The notes below the pieces were generated by a model, which saw nothing but the letters and a program-made list of their open reading frames with translations, was not told the origin of the DNA and did no database searches. The position numbers were made by a program, and so were the translations under genes. From assembly GCA_012295275.1 (NCBI GenBank), contig CM022666.1, positions 11,780,001-11,844,000 of the forward strand: 64,000 nt of DNA, in the 5' to 3' direction. Source of the stretch: Chrysomallon squamiferum. Lineage: Eukaryota; Animalia; Mollusca. Position 1 is the stretch's first letter. The number at the start of each line of letters is the position of its first letter. Shown here in pieces: positions 12,916 to 27,158 of this stretch.

Positions 12916-15882
12916 ATGGAAGGAATTTCATCAAATTTTGATATTCCAACTGAAGATGAATTTGAAGCTATTTGTAAGGATTTGCTTATAACAAAAGATG
13001 TAGAAAAGAAAGCATTTTCTCAACTGAAATTGTTAATAGCTACAACCAAGGAACATGTGGTTAGTATGATAGCAAATATTTATCAGTTCAGTTTTTAAAA
13101 TTATTATTTCTTGTAACAAAATAAACATAAGAAAAATGCCAAAAAGCTGTTTAGAAATAATTTTTATTTTTAAATTGTTTAAATTATAAAGCTGCATTTC
13201 TAATTATAAAAATATATATATTTATTTAAAATACAAAATTGCCTGATTTTTAGTACCAGTTTTGATCCTCATTTGAATTCTGTTTTTTAAATAATAACAG
13301 TTTAAATTACTCATTCATATTTATTACTGTTATTATTAACTTTTTCTTTTTAAGTTTACAATCAATGAAGCTATTGCATGTGCTCTCTATATGGCCATAG
13401 TTGATGGAAGGTTAGTTTAAAATTTATTTTCAAGATAGATATATCATTGTGGAAACAGTAAAAACAAATTCCTCTGAACTTGCAGATATGAAAGTAAAAG
13501 AAAGAACAAATGGTCTTTGGTCCTTAGATGTGAATGATTTATGTTTGTTACAATGAATCTGTTGTGTAAACTTGTAACTTGGAGTATTTTCTATGCTATC
13601 AAATGTATGTGTTAACTGAACTCCTGTCTTTTCTAATGGTAAAATGTGGCAATAATAATATCAGTTTTCTATGTTATTTTGAGTACTGTATTGATTTCAG
13701 GATGCCATACGGCCCACTTGACCCCCAGCTGCAGCGTGGTTTTCTAGAAGCTCCGTGTGCCACTGTGTCAGACATCCTTCACAAGACAAAAATAAAGTGG
13801 GCAGTTTTAAAATTTATTTCATTTGTTTACATTTGAATGTATGCAGCTTTTAATAGTCGTGTAAATCCATGAAGCAAGAATCATTTATGACTGGAAGGAA
13901 AGTGTAACATGAAAATATAAATCAAATGTATAAATCAAGTTCTAAAAAGCTGTTATAATGAAATATGATGGGGTTTTGGTTTTTTTTTTAAGCACATGAA
14001 AAATAAAACTGACAAATTAAGATTTATAGTTTTATGATTTCAGTGTGCAGACATTCTTACATCGGATGCACACAGTTAAGGAAAGCTGTGATGTCAGTGA
14101 GGCTGTACATCATCATCTGCTGCTGTTGGAGAAGAAGTACTGCATTGTGTCAGCTCTGTTCAACTCGTTTGAAACGTTTGTTCCTTTCTTTCCTCTAGTA
14201 GTAATTCAAAGTAATCTAAATTATTGATTAAAAATGTTCATTTTCATTAATAAAATAAAAACTGTTTTGTATATGAGAAATAGTTTTTGTATATTTTATT
14301 TTTGATGTTATAAATCATATAATTATTTAGAATGATTTATTTTGGAGGATGGAAGAGTTTTGGGTTTTAAATTTAGACTATTGTTTTCAAAGTGTTAAAA
14401 TTTTTATGTGTTAAGTGCATACTTAATTAAAGCATTGAATTTGCAGTTACATCACTTTTTTGTACTAATACAAATTTTGGTTATTTACTAGGTTCTTTAA
14501 AGCTGTTTTCAGAGATGATGTTAAGGGATACGAGGATAGTAATGAGTAAGTAGTACATTCATCTTAGTATTACTTAAAAATGAATTTTTCACTGCAGTAG
14601 ATTTTATTTAATTACTTTTTAATAACTTTCTTTTGTTAGTTCCTGAAGACTTAATTTTTGACTAGTTTTCTTCATTTTTGAAAAGTTTTTTGGTGTCCAT
14701 ATAAATTCACATAATACTTTCATAATTATCAAATAAAATACTGATATATTTGTCATGGCAAATGATAGTCATAGATTAAAGTTGAAGTAGTGTTACAGAG
14801 GTAAGTTTTTAAAACTTGATTCATTATTTTAATTGTTACATTAGCTAAACATATTTGAAATGGATTTTCTTCTGTTTAATAAATATAAGTACATCTTAGC
14901 TAACCTATTGTGATCCAATTATTTATAATTAGTTACTAAATTTTGTTTGTTTTTTTATGTACAGAGAAAATGTTACGCCACCTATACCAGAAACAGAAGG
15001 CATAATGTTTCGCAAAAAACTGTGTTGGGCTTTGTTTCTCCATTCAAAAGGTATGATTTGTAAAATGTTTTTTAATATATTTTTGCAGATTTACTGTATA
15101 TTTCTTTTATTAAAACATAACAAAAATAATTTTTCATAGAAAACAGCATTTACAAATACTATTTAAAACTTAGTATACTTCTTTATTAACATTCATTAAT
15201 ATCAACTTGTCATAAAATACAACATTATATACCTAAAGTTAATTACTGGCAAATTGCTTGCATATGGAGCAACAAAAAAAATATGATTTTCTTGAAATTA
15301 AAACAACCAAACATTACAATCATATGATTGAATGTATTAATGTTTACTGCATTATTAAAAATATTTATTTAAAGATCGTTAGATTATTTGACAACTTGCT
15401 TACACTTTTTTTGTATTATTATTATTATTTTATTAAATATTGTTTTTGTAAATATATGGGTTTAGGAAAAGAGAATGCACAGTAGGGTTTTGAACTGTGT
15501 ATATGTTTAACATGAACAGGTACAATTCTTGCTCATCATCAAGATCTGATCCAGGCACATCTGTTGTTGCTCGCTTGTTTGGAATTTGTTCTGCGTACAA
15601 CTCCATCATTTCTCCTTAATCCTCCTTATGGTAAGTACAGATATAATATCATTTTACAGGCTTTGTACAGTCTTGAAAGTATCTCAGAACCCTTGAAATG
15701 TGAGCAGATTTCCTGAAAAAGTAACTTAATTTGCATAAATACATTTGTTTTGAATCCAGATTGGAAATTACATTTTTTTTTTAAATTCATTTTTTTGTTT
15801 TTAATTATTAATAAAAATCAAAACAAAATGAAAAAATAGTTAAAATTTTAAGTCTAATCTGATTTCCCATTAGCATTCTCAT

Positions 15883-15937
<55 letters not shown>

Positions 15938-16063
15938 ATGTACAAAAACCTGAAAGTGTAAATCTGGTTCAAACAGTTTCAATGATTCTGCCAAAACAAT
16001 GCATAATAAGTCCAGTCTATTTTTTTTTTTTTTATTATCTTTATTCATTTTACTGATTTATTA

Positions 16064-16095
<32 letters not shown>

Positions 16096-19000
16096 CAGAT
16101 GCAGTTCGTATTGGCTGTCTTCAGAGTTCAGAACACAGAACTCAGGGCATGTTAAAAATGTTAGCCGAACTGTTCCATGTCAATTTTGAAGAGGTCAGAA
16201 TTAATATAAACTTTTTTTGGTAATAAACACATTAGTTAATTAAATCAGTAATTGTCACTCAGATGCAGTAAGAGTTGCATTTTCAGGACAAGTAATTGCA
16301 ACATTTTGGGATTTCATATTTCTATCCTGTTTGGTCATTTTATTCAGAAATAGGTAAAAGTAGTTACATTAATCAGTGTGATGTTATTTGAAAACATACA
16401 CTGTCTTAGTCTTTGTGAATCTGAAAAACAAAGCTATTAAATTTGTATGTAGAGTCGGCTAATAAAGACTGTTAAATACCTTTTATATTATTAGAAACAA
16501 GCTGTAATTATCAAAATTATAGAAATTACTGTGTTTCTGAAACAAACAGGAAAACTAATTACATCTATATTTATTTTTTAATTAATTATTTTGTATTAAC
16601 TTGTTTTGTTATCCAGGCACAGAATCTTCAGCGCAGCTTTACAGAATCAGTCTTTGAAAAACTGCCTCAGATAGATGGTGAACTGAATGTAAGTACTGAA
16701 ACACCCCAGATTTTTTAACTATCTTAGTATAAATTTCTAAATAACATGTGATAAGTAAGTGAAACATTTATAATATATTTAACAGGAATTGATTTGGTAC
16801 ACCAACATTGTTATCACTTTTTCAAACCGATTGACAGAAAAAAATTAATTATGTTTGATACATTAATATATGTTTTTTTTCAAATTATCTAACAGTTTTT
16901 CATTATCAGTATACATTTTTGTTAAATTTTTGTGGCAGGATTTTTTTATATAAATAATTTTTTTTTATTATGTGTTTTTGTCTTGCATAGCTTGAGGCTC
17001 TGTGGCAACAATATGAGGAACTGTACAGGCTAACCGGTGATCTCAATGAGCTTCTCTTTCTAAAGCATGATTCTCTTGTCATGCCAACTGATTATAATAA
17101 AAATAGGTAAGAGCTGTGCCCTTGAGTATGTTCAAAATTAACTGATAAATGTGTTTTTTATTACTGTTTTTCATTTATTTATTTGTTTATTTATATTATT
17201 AACTTATTTTCAAAAAATAAATATTTATAAAAACATTAAAAGTACTGTTTAAAGTTTTATGTGTAAAAGAAATTCTTACATGTCAAAATTAATGTATGTG
17301 TGTGTGTGTGTAATTTTTATTTTTTATTTATTTTTACATTTTTTTATCTAGATCTACTCCCTCAAAAACAAAATTTGGGTCACCACAACCAACTACCCCA
17401 GTCAGGTATTTGTATTTCACTGTTAAGGTGTGATTGTCTTTCACATATTTTGTGTTCAGTTTTTTCCTTTACTTTTTTTGAAGGATTGTTATTAAATTAT
17501 TTTGTTTTTGTTCTTTGATTTGTTCAAAAACCCGCATTTTTTTTTTTATTGTTATTCTTCATTATTAATTTTAATTGGACAGCAAAAAAAAACCCAAAAC
17601 AACTAAAATATTCAGAATATATTTAAATTATTTCCTAGTGTCACAAAAGGTACATTCAGTTATTTTCATTTTTTATTTTCAGAATGGTTGTAAATACTGT
17701 GGTACAGTTAAAGAATGTTCTTCGTCAAGCTAGTGATGAACCTACTGTAAAGCTTAAACAGTATTTTAAGGTAAATTCTGAATGTTAGCATTTTTTACAT
17801 GTAGATCCTTGAGAATAACAAAAATATTATTATTAAATAAAATATTATTCTTTGATTAACATATATTACTGTGCATATAAAAATATTTTGATTTTATTTA
17901 ATATTTACTTATTGTCAGAAATGCTCATCAGATTTCACAGTTCCTATAGCTAACAGACTGAAGAGTCTGAAAGAAAAGTTTATTATTGAGTTTACATCAG
18001 CAACTAAAAGCACTCAGCGACCTGTAGCTGAACTGAGAGTTAACATGGCAGTTCGACTGTACTATCAAGTGATGGAATCTATGTTAAACATGGTTAGTAT
18101 AAGTTTATATTCTTACGTTGTGGCCAATTTGAACAGAATGTAAACAAAAGTGTGCTGTTTTGTTCTTCATAGGTAAAGAAAATATATCTCAGATTATAGC
18201 TATATTGTATTTACTGATTAAAATATTTCTTCCTGAATAAAGAGAAAGAAGAAAAACAACTGTTTTAATGTGAAATATATCCAGAATAAACCTAAATATG
18301 CTGTATTACAAGATTCAGAATGTTTTTAAACCAAGAATTAAGAAATGTATTAGCAATCAGAGCCAGGAAAATAAAATTTATTTTCATATGAAAATAATAA
18401 TTATTAGTTTGTTTTAGAAGTATGCACATGTAGTGTTAAAATAAATTTAGTGCAGTAGCAGTTTTAATATCAGGAAATTGCATATGTTGTTTAAATCTCA
18501 ATACTTAAGTAATTATAGCTAGAAATAGTACATACTGCTTAATGTCACAGTACTTCAGTAATTATAACTATTTTGATGTCACTGATTAATACAGAAGGGA
18601 TTTCAAAGATTTTTAATATTTTATGATTTACAGTATTTACTTTGTTTTGCCAGGAACATGAACGGTTGTCTCAGAATGATTTCAGTAATCTTCTGAGTCA
18701 TGAAAACTTTCACAAATCTTTGCTGGCTGCCTGCGTTGAAGTTGTACTTGTGTCTTATGGATTATCATGTGAGTTAATATAAACTTTCTTCTTATCTTTT
18801 TCTCATTTTATATTTTAATTTGTATCTTTATTAAATAATTATTTTAAAATAATTTTCTCTATAACTATGAATAACCTTTTGAGCACTAATTAACTGTTTT
18901 TCTTCACCCAGGGAATAATATGAAGGGATCGATGAATTACGAAAATTCACAGTTCTCCTTTCCTTGGATATTGCAAGTGTTTGATCTTGAGGCTTATGAT

Positions 19001-22000
19001 TTCTTTAAAGTGTTAGAATCATTTATTAAGGCTGAACCAAAACTTCCTGCTGATGTTGTTCGCGTAAGTAATGAAAATATGTTGTGTTTGAAAAGAAATG
19101 GCTGTTATTATATTATAAAAGCAGACAGAATTACCCTGTTAATTGTTTGTTTCCTATTTATTCATTTAATTTTTAAAATAACTTTTATTACGCTTTAAGA
19201 GATTTTATAAAAATTTGTAATTCTTCAGTATCTCTTGTAATTTCTTAGATGAACACTGCTTGGTCATAATATTCCTTTTCAATATAGGTATATATTTCAA
19301 ATCAAAGAAATGTAACAAAATTTATTATCTGTTGTTTGGTTCATGTTAACATTTTTCACAGATTTCTGTTTGAATTGATGTGTGATTCTATCTGTATTTT
19401 CTACAGCATCTGCAGAATGTGGAATATCGCATACTCAACTCCATAGCATGGCAAGAGGTAGTGTTCTAGCAGTCTCTGTTAACATACATAATGTGATTTG
19501 TCTCAATCCTCAAGAGAAAAGAACTTTCCTTATTATAATAAACTTAACTTTTTTTACCTAAGCACATGTAAAAATTTACCATTATTAAATAAAATCAGCA
19601 GATTGCTTATAAATTGATTTACATTTTATATTTTTTGTTATCTTTTAATTAAAGTTATATTTGTATTACATTTATTTACAAGTAAATTCTTTTGTAAAGG
19701 TAACATATTTGAATGGTACTTGTAGTATTAACAACAGATATAAAAAAATCATTTTCTTTTTCTGATGCATTGAAGGGTTCATCACTCTATGTGGCTATTG
19801 AAAAGGCAAATGGTGGACAGATGCCTCGATTAGATATTTCTACCTCTCTGGATCCATTGTCACCAAGCCAGCATTCATCAAGTGCTTCAGAAATGTGAAA
19901 GAAATTTTCTCATTCTTCAGTTTAAAACTGGATTGGAATTAAAAAATAAAATATAATTGTATTTAATATTGGACTGGGAGGGATATTACTTGAACTAACT
20001 GGTATAATGAATATTTTAAAACATGAATAATTTTATAATTAGCAGAAATGAAACACATTTTTGTTTTCAAAACACTATTATTTTCTCATTGTTTTATTAG
20101 GTATTTATCACCAGTGTGCCATAATTCTGGTATTTACCCACCAACTCCACAGAAAGTTGTTTCTAGTGTTAGTCCCAGTAAGTCAGTCAGTAAATCAAGT
20201 CCTCTCAAGTCTAACAGTGCAGCCACCAACTCAGCTGTGGTCAAGTCACTGAAACGATCAAATAGTCTCACATTGTTCTTCAATAAAGGTAATTATTATG
20301 TTTCGCTTTTCATTCAGTCTAAATTCTCCTCAACTTTCATTCTTTAAAAAAGGTTGTTAATGGAAAGTAAAGTAGATATTTTTAAAAATTTGAAGTGTGT
20401 ATGTGTGTGTGACTATTTAAAAACATTTTTTTTTATCAAATATTTTTTATTCAACTGATACTGTTGATTTTAACAAATCTTAAGTGATGCTTTTAAGACA
20501 GTGTTACCTGATTTTCTGTCAATTAACGTGAAAGATGTTACTGGCTCATAATTTTTTTTTTATTTACTCCATATTCCTGAGGTTATATTGATGATTTTTT
20601 GGTGGAAAATATTGAAAAATAATGTGTATTTTGTTTCAGTTTGTCAGCTGGGTTACCACAGAATAAAAAAGTTGTGTTCAATGGTCCAGGTCTCAAAAGA
20701 TCTGGTAGGTATTCCCTTTTTTTTTTTTTTTTTTTTAAATCTAATTTATCTTGATATGAAATGTCTGTCAAGTTGTTATTTGATTAAAAATGTATTTGTA
20801 ATATATAAACATCTTTCAAAAACTTCTTTCTAGGGCATTCCTGGTTTTTAACTACTGACAGTCACATCTGTTCTGTTTTCTAGATTCATGATGATGTATA
20901 TTTGAAACATTCTGATTTTTAAATTTATTTTACACTCTGTTTATTTTGGATTGTCTTTTTTTAAATCATATAACTGAACTGTAGAAAAATGACATTTGAT
21001 CTGTTTCAGCAACAAAAAGTGTGGACATGTTTTGAATATTGTATTACAAACTGTCCAGGACTGGTGAAAAATCGGCACATTGACCAGGTAATAAATTTAA
21101 TTATATCTCATTCTTAAATCTGTTTTCACTGAACAAAAATGTGATATAAATAGTAAATCACTGATGTTAAGATTGAAAAGTAAAGTAAGTAAACTACATA
21201 ACATTATCAACAGTCTTTTTGTTGGTATGACATGGGTTTTTTTGTTTTTCCATCAGTCAGTGTATCTATCTATCTACCTATCTAGCCTGTCTGTACATTT
21301 ATATAATTTGCTATATTATTATATTAATAATAGTTTGCATGTTTAAATTATTTTAATTGAATAAAATTGAATGTTTAGAGCTTTTGAATATTTAAAGTGT
21401 TGAAATTTAAGAATGAAAATATGTGTTGTAGATTATGATGTGTTCACTATATGCAATCTGCAAAGTTGCTGACAGAGAGATAAAATTCAAACATATAGTA
21501 CAGATGTATCGGAACTTGCCTCATGCTGATCAGGAAGTGAGTCAATAGTGAGGAATATATCAAATTGTGTTTGTTGGTTTTGTGTGTGTAGATATTAAAA
21601 AAAAACACCTTTTGATTGGAGTTTCTTTGTTTTGTACATACTTCTTTGACAGCAAAGTTTTTGAACAAAAACCCCAAACTATAATAACTGTAACACTGAA
21701 TAACTATCTTAAAATACTAATTTCTGTGATTAGATCTGATTAAAAATGTCTTTTTCTCATGTTGATGGCCCACATTGCTTTTTATTCTATGTTACTGTAT
21801 TAAATAAAGTAACAACAATGTTTTTTTAATTCTTTTTACAGGTGTATAAAACTGTTTACATTCAAGAAAAAGAAGTGGACTCTATAATTGGCTTCTATAA
21901 CAAAATCTTCCAGTACAACATGAAGAACTACATCTTACAGTTCTCTGCCAACAAAAACACAGTAAAATGGATTATTACTTATTTAGATATTGAAATTATA

Positions 22001-24071
22001 CGTGGATTTAATTTTCTGATTTATTTAGTAGAAAAATAGTTTTAAATATTTGTTGTAGAAGTATTATTTTCCTTGTTTTGTATTTCCTATTTTTATGATA
22101 ATTTATGTAGTTAGAATTCAATGGTACCAGTGTATATGATTATTATTTTCAAGCATATACATGTCATTATTATTGACTATTGGGTTTTTAGAAATATGAC
22201 TTAGCGAATGTACTTTCTGTTCATTAGTCTGCCGAACTGTTAAATGGCAGTTAAGATGTTTGTAGTAGGCTGTTTCAGTATTCAGTGAAGTTGATCTGGG
22301 TAAACGGTTATTCATCTTAAAATTTAGAAGGAAAATAAAATAAATATAGTTTCTGAGATTAAAAATAAATAAAATAAAATAAATAAATTAAAAGTAAAAA
22401 AAAGTAAAAATGCAAAGCTATAAAAAAAACTCATTTTGGGTGAGAAAGATGATCAGAAGAAAATAAGAAATACAAAAACACTTTAAAATGAGTTGTTTTT
22501 ATTTCAGACACCAGTGTTATCACAGATTCCAGCCAAGTCTGTCAAGCTGACAGCCTCTCCAGTATTCAGGTTATTATCTATATGTTGAATTTGTTTTGTT
22601 TGTTTTACTTTTTATCAGATCATGTTATAAAATTATCTTCTTTCTTTGACATTTCTGTCACTTCTTGGATCTCTGTAAGTATTCATTATTAATAATAATA
22701 ATCATAATTTTTTGACCAGTTTCTTTACTATATTAAGCTAAATAAATAAATTAAAAAAAGAATAATAAAAAAAAGAATTAAGTAAATATAATTAGATTCT
22801 ATCTTGTAAATAATAATTAAAAATAAATGTTCTACACTCGTTCATGGTAAGAGTAATGTCATCTTTTGTTTTTGTTTTTGTAATTTTAGTGTTCCAGGAC
22901 GCAAAAATTTCTACATTTCTCCTTTGAAAGAATCTCCATTCAAGTCTCCTCCATCCCCTAGTCAGCTAACGCCCAATACAAGACAGCTGTACAGCTTTGG
23001 TGAAGGTTTTGGTGTATGTACTAAATAACATTCATAAATTTACATACAAATTTGTTTAATTTTTACATTTATCTTTTTTTTCATTCTTTCTTTCTTTTTT
23101 GTTTTATTTATTTCATTGCATGTAATAAAAATATAATACAAGAAAGAATCTGTGTATTTCATCATAAATAAAATAAATTCTGTTCCAGGTCGCAGTGTCA
23201 TTTTCAAAACTGAATTACTGCATCTTTAACAATTGTTTATAAAAGATTGCTTCTCGTTGTCGTTTGGAGGTACATATACATACATATATATACATACATT
23301 TTACTTGTAGTCACATCAGAAACTGCAGACAATCAATGACAGTGTATCACCAAACAAAAGGTTGTCAGTGTCCGGAACCACACCTAAAAGACTTGCCTTT
23401 GATAACCCACATGAAGATGACAGTGAAGGGTATATGTTTTGTTATGAATGTTATGCCTGTTTCACTTCTGAAATAACTTGTTCATTTGTCCATATTTTAT
23501 TATTCTGAATGAAATGGATTATGCATTTTCTTTATGAATTGTGGCAGATTTTTCCAAAACCAGGAGTGAAAACAGTAGCCAATAAGTCACTCATTGTTCA
23601 TGTACTAATAAGACTACACATTTAAATTGATCTATTTTTAGACCTCCAGTTAAAATTCACAGGGTGGTCAAGAAGATTTCTCTAGTTGATGGCACATCAA
23701 ACCAAATGGCTGATGAATCATGGTTAGTATGAGACTAAAAATTAAGCCATGACAAAAACAGTTATTTATCAAAAATGTTTAATTATTTCTAATTATCAGA
23801 TACTATTCATTAAAAACTTTAAGTTAGATGTTGTATTTAGTCTGCTTTATCTAAAGAAACTTATTTTCAGATTAAAGAATTTTATTTTATTTTTTTAATT
23901 ATTTTTTTAAATAAAGCTAAATCACCATATAATCATGACGGTCTTTTTTTCTTTTTAGTGTTAAAAATAACTTTGGATGCTCAGGAATCTTTATTGAAAT
24001 GATAATTTTAATTATTTTTTCCTTTCTTTTCCAGTTCTGAATTACACAGCACTGCAGGAGGGAAATGCTGA
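12916..24071 (+). CDS. RB1: Retinoblastoma-associated pocket protein, RB1 type (about 897 aa, 27 coding exons; start codon uncertain)
   Basis: Phase-consistent exons: 12916-13059, 13355-13410, 13701-13796, 14044-14175, 14492-14545, 14965-15050, 15520-15630, 16099-16193, 16617-16688, 16991-17106, 17352-17405, 17683-17770, 17919-18092, 18654-18768, 18912-19063, 19407-19457, 19776-19894, 20101-20288, 20640-20704, 21010-21087, 21432-21536, 21842-21961, 22508-22569, 22890-23013, 23311-23429, 23642-23722, 24035-24071. Pocket A: [51 protein letters not shown]. Pocket B: [29 protein letters not shown]-terminus: [17 protein letters not shown]. Confidence 0.95.
15883..15932. repeat. (TG)n(TA)n microsatellite in an RB1 intron
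   Basis: Visible directly in the sequence. Confidence 0.9.
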
Positions 24072-25886
24072 TCATAAACCTCAACTACATTTGGAAATGT
24101 TCAAAATTTTAATTTTCATAAATGACAGAGAATTAATTTGCATTCTATAAATCTGTCTAAAAGTATAATGTAAATGGTAATGACTGTTTAAAAATTATAA
24201 AAATGGGTTTTAAATTAATTTTTGTTTTCTTTCAAGTGTTTTGTTATCAGTTTACTTTAATTTTTTATTTTTATTTTATCTTTTTTCAATCTTCTTTTTT
24301 TTTCTGTAAACTTTGTGTTAGTAATGAATTAACATCACAATTTTCCAATTTATTTATTTTAAGGTTTGGAAGAAGCCAAACCTTTGCTGAGTGTTAAAAT
24401 AATCATTATTTTATCATACTTTTCATCAGAAAACTGATGATTTTTAATGACAAATTTCAAAGGTTAACAGAATTTAGTAACACATCATTTTAAGTGGTTA
24501 TAGTAACAAAATAGACGAGAATATTCTGTCAGGTATAGTAACTCTATGAAGGTAACATTAATAATGAATGAACAACATATGTCAACAAAACAGGACAGCA
24601 GTTCTGCAGAATATGTTTTTATGTTACCATAGATAAAAGAAAGAAGGAGGCAATATTTTATTTGATGATGTGTTAAAGGAAAGGTTGCCACAAAACTTAA
24701 AGGTTTATGTTGATTTTGTTTTCCAATGGCCGTGGAAAATTGTTTCTCACTACAAATAAAATAAATTAATAAAAAGTGTATTGGTTCAGTTAAACAACAA
24801 TTCACAATCCTTATCATTCTCTGAAGCTGCACAGGCAGCTGGGAAAAGAAATTTCAAAGATTTGTCTAAATTTAAAGCTTTTCAGGAAATCAGCCAAAGC
24901 TCCAAAATATAAATGTTAGATGGTGAATAGTGATAGAATTCCATCTGTGGCTATGAATGTATGTAAAATCAGTGCTAAAAAATAGTTAATTAAATGTGAG
25001 CAAACCTTTCTGAAATGTTATGGAAATCCTGACAGTCCATAATCCTGAAATACTCTGTGAAAAATGTTTCCAAAGAAACAACACTTTTTATCTTGAATGA
25101 TGTCAATAATATCAAAATAATAGCTGAGATATTTCAAATTAGATGCAGAGAATTTTTTTTATGTCATGTCATATGCCTACATAATATTTTCCTGTTTTAT
25201 TATATCTAAAATAAAGCATTATTTAATTTGTTTGACATTTTAACATATATATATTACTAAGACAATAATTTAACTATTTTTCATTCACATCATAAAAAGT
25301 ATACATGTATGATTATTATTGTAATAAACTGAAAAACTCAAATAAAATGTAACAATGAACAATCTTTAGTGGTCTTCAATCTTGTTTTGTAATGTAAATG
25401 ATAAAGTTTCATTTTAATCGCATTGTTTTTGTGTGTGTTTTTTCTTTTCATAAGTTATATCTCTCATATTATTTAGGTGAAAATGGCTAGATTCAGATGT
25501 CATCTCTACCATTCAATCAGGAAAAGTAAAAATAATAAATACATACACACAAGAGCATATCCACATATATAAACCCTGATAAGTTATAAAAATGAAACAA
25601 AAACAAGAAAAAAAAAAAAATATATATATATATAAAAAAAAGTAATGAATTTCTGAAATAATTTTATATTTCGGTATACAGTTCTGATAATAGAGATATA
25701 CTTTGTCAAAAATGACAAAAATATATAACTTGTGCATTGATCCATTCACTTACATTCAGATGTTGGTAGCCAAAAGATCATACGTTCAACTGTGATGGAT
25801 GTGGATCCGGCATAAATTTGTTGTACATGCACATTGTAATTTCAATAATTTATCGTGTTTATGCGATATATGGTATTCACTCAAAC

Positions 25887-26156
25887 TTTTTTTTTTTTTT
25901 TTTACTTATAATTTTAGTTTTATTTTAGTTTTTAACACTGAAATGACACTGAAGAGTGGAGAAGCAAAAAAAAAAAAAAAAAAAAAAAAAAGTATTGCCG
26001 TTAACAAACTAGTTATATTAATTCTATTTTTCTCTTTATTTTATTTTTTTTTTTTTTTTTGCTCTCCCCTCTTCAGTGTCATTTCAATGTTAAAAACTAA
26101 AATAAAACTAAAATTATAAGTAACGAAAAAAAAAAAATGACACTGAAGAGGGGAGA

Positions 26157-26190
<34 letters not shown>

Positions 26191-26230
26191 TTGCCGTTAA
26201 CAAACTAGTTCTATTAATTCTATTTTTTAT
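25887..26230. repeat. Composite inverted plus direct repeat (arm, spacer, inverted arm, partial arm plus spacer)
   Basis: About 25887-25991 is reverse-complementary to about 26044-26137 (core ttacttataattttagttttattttagtttttaaca.tgaaatgacactgaagag.ggag). About 25941-26030 is directly repeated at about 26135-26230. Confidence 0.85.
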
Positions 26231-26259
26231 TTTATTTTATTTTATTTTATTTTATTTTA

Positions 26260-26323
<64 letters not shown>
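26222..26323. repeat. (TTTTA)n(TTA)n microsatellite
   Basis: Visible directly in the sequence. Confidence 0.9.
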
Positions 26324-26324
<1 letters not shown>

Positions 26325-26460
26325 GTTTATGTTTTGTCCCTATGTATTTCAAGGCTGCTAAATATCACCTATATTTAGGGGGCAACTAAACATTATTTAA
26401 TTATTAAGCGGGGATGTACTGAAAGGACCAACTTATTAAACATTCTGGTGAGCTATGAAA

Positions 26461-26490
26461 TCTCGCGAGAAAATTCAAACCCCGGAACAG
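26461..26490 (+). promoter_or_regulatory. TCTCGCGAGA palindrome (BANP/CGCG-element motif) plus an ETS-like CCGGAA; candidate promoter of the STAND gene
   Basis: Perfect TCTCGCGAGA at 26461-26470 and CCGGAA at 26482-26487. A donor GAG|GTAAAT at 26534 and an acceptor TAG at 27083 define a plausible 5' UTR intron before the ATG at 27159. Confidence 0.55.
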
Positions 26491-27158
26491 GTTATATCGT
26501 AATGTGGGAAAGTCATGTTATGTAATGGGTGGAGGTAAATATTGTTGTATGCGATGTGTGTCAGTTTTATCTTGATGAATTGCATATTCATCGTGCATGG
26601 TTATTTATTAAACTTATTAAATTTTATTTTAACCAAAAAAAACAAAACAATTGATCACCAGATTTGCATCGTTTGTAACGAAAATTTTTGCGTTTTCTAT
26701 TACGTATTAGTATTACTACTATTAGTATTACCGGTCAAGGGTCATGGCAAGACTGCCAAGAGCATGGGCCGCGGCTGCCTGTGTCAGAATCGGACAACTT
26801 GATTGATTAGACACATTTGACAAGCGAAGGTGTGTATCTGCACCAGCACTAAAATAAAAATTCCAAGAGAAATACTAAGGGCCGGTCTAAATACCATAAA
26901 GGGCATATGAACATGATATTCATGATCTCTTGTGGATATTACGTTTTTGATTGCTTTTAAGTTTTAATCATGGTAGATTTCCTTAATTTGTAACAGTTCT
27001 TAACCAATTATGTTGAACTGCTCAGAAAAAATGTTTAAAAAATATATAATAATAATTTTAAAAAATGTGACCTCTTTTATTAGATAATAAACGGTGTTAC
27101 ATTTTTGATGCATTAAAAATTGATGCGAATTTTAAAGAAATGAAAATCTGTAATAAAA

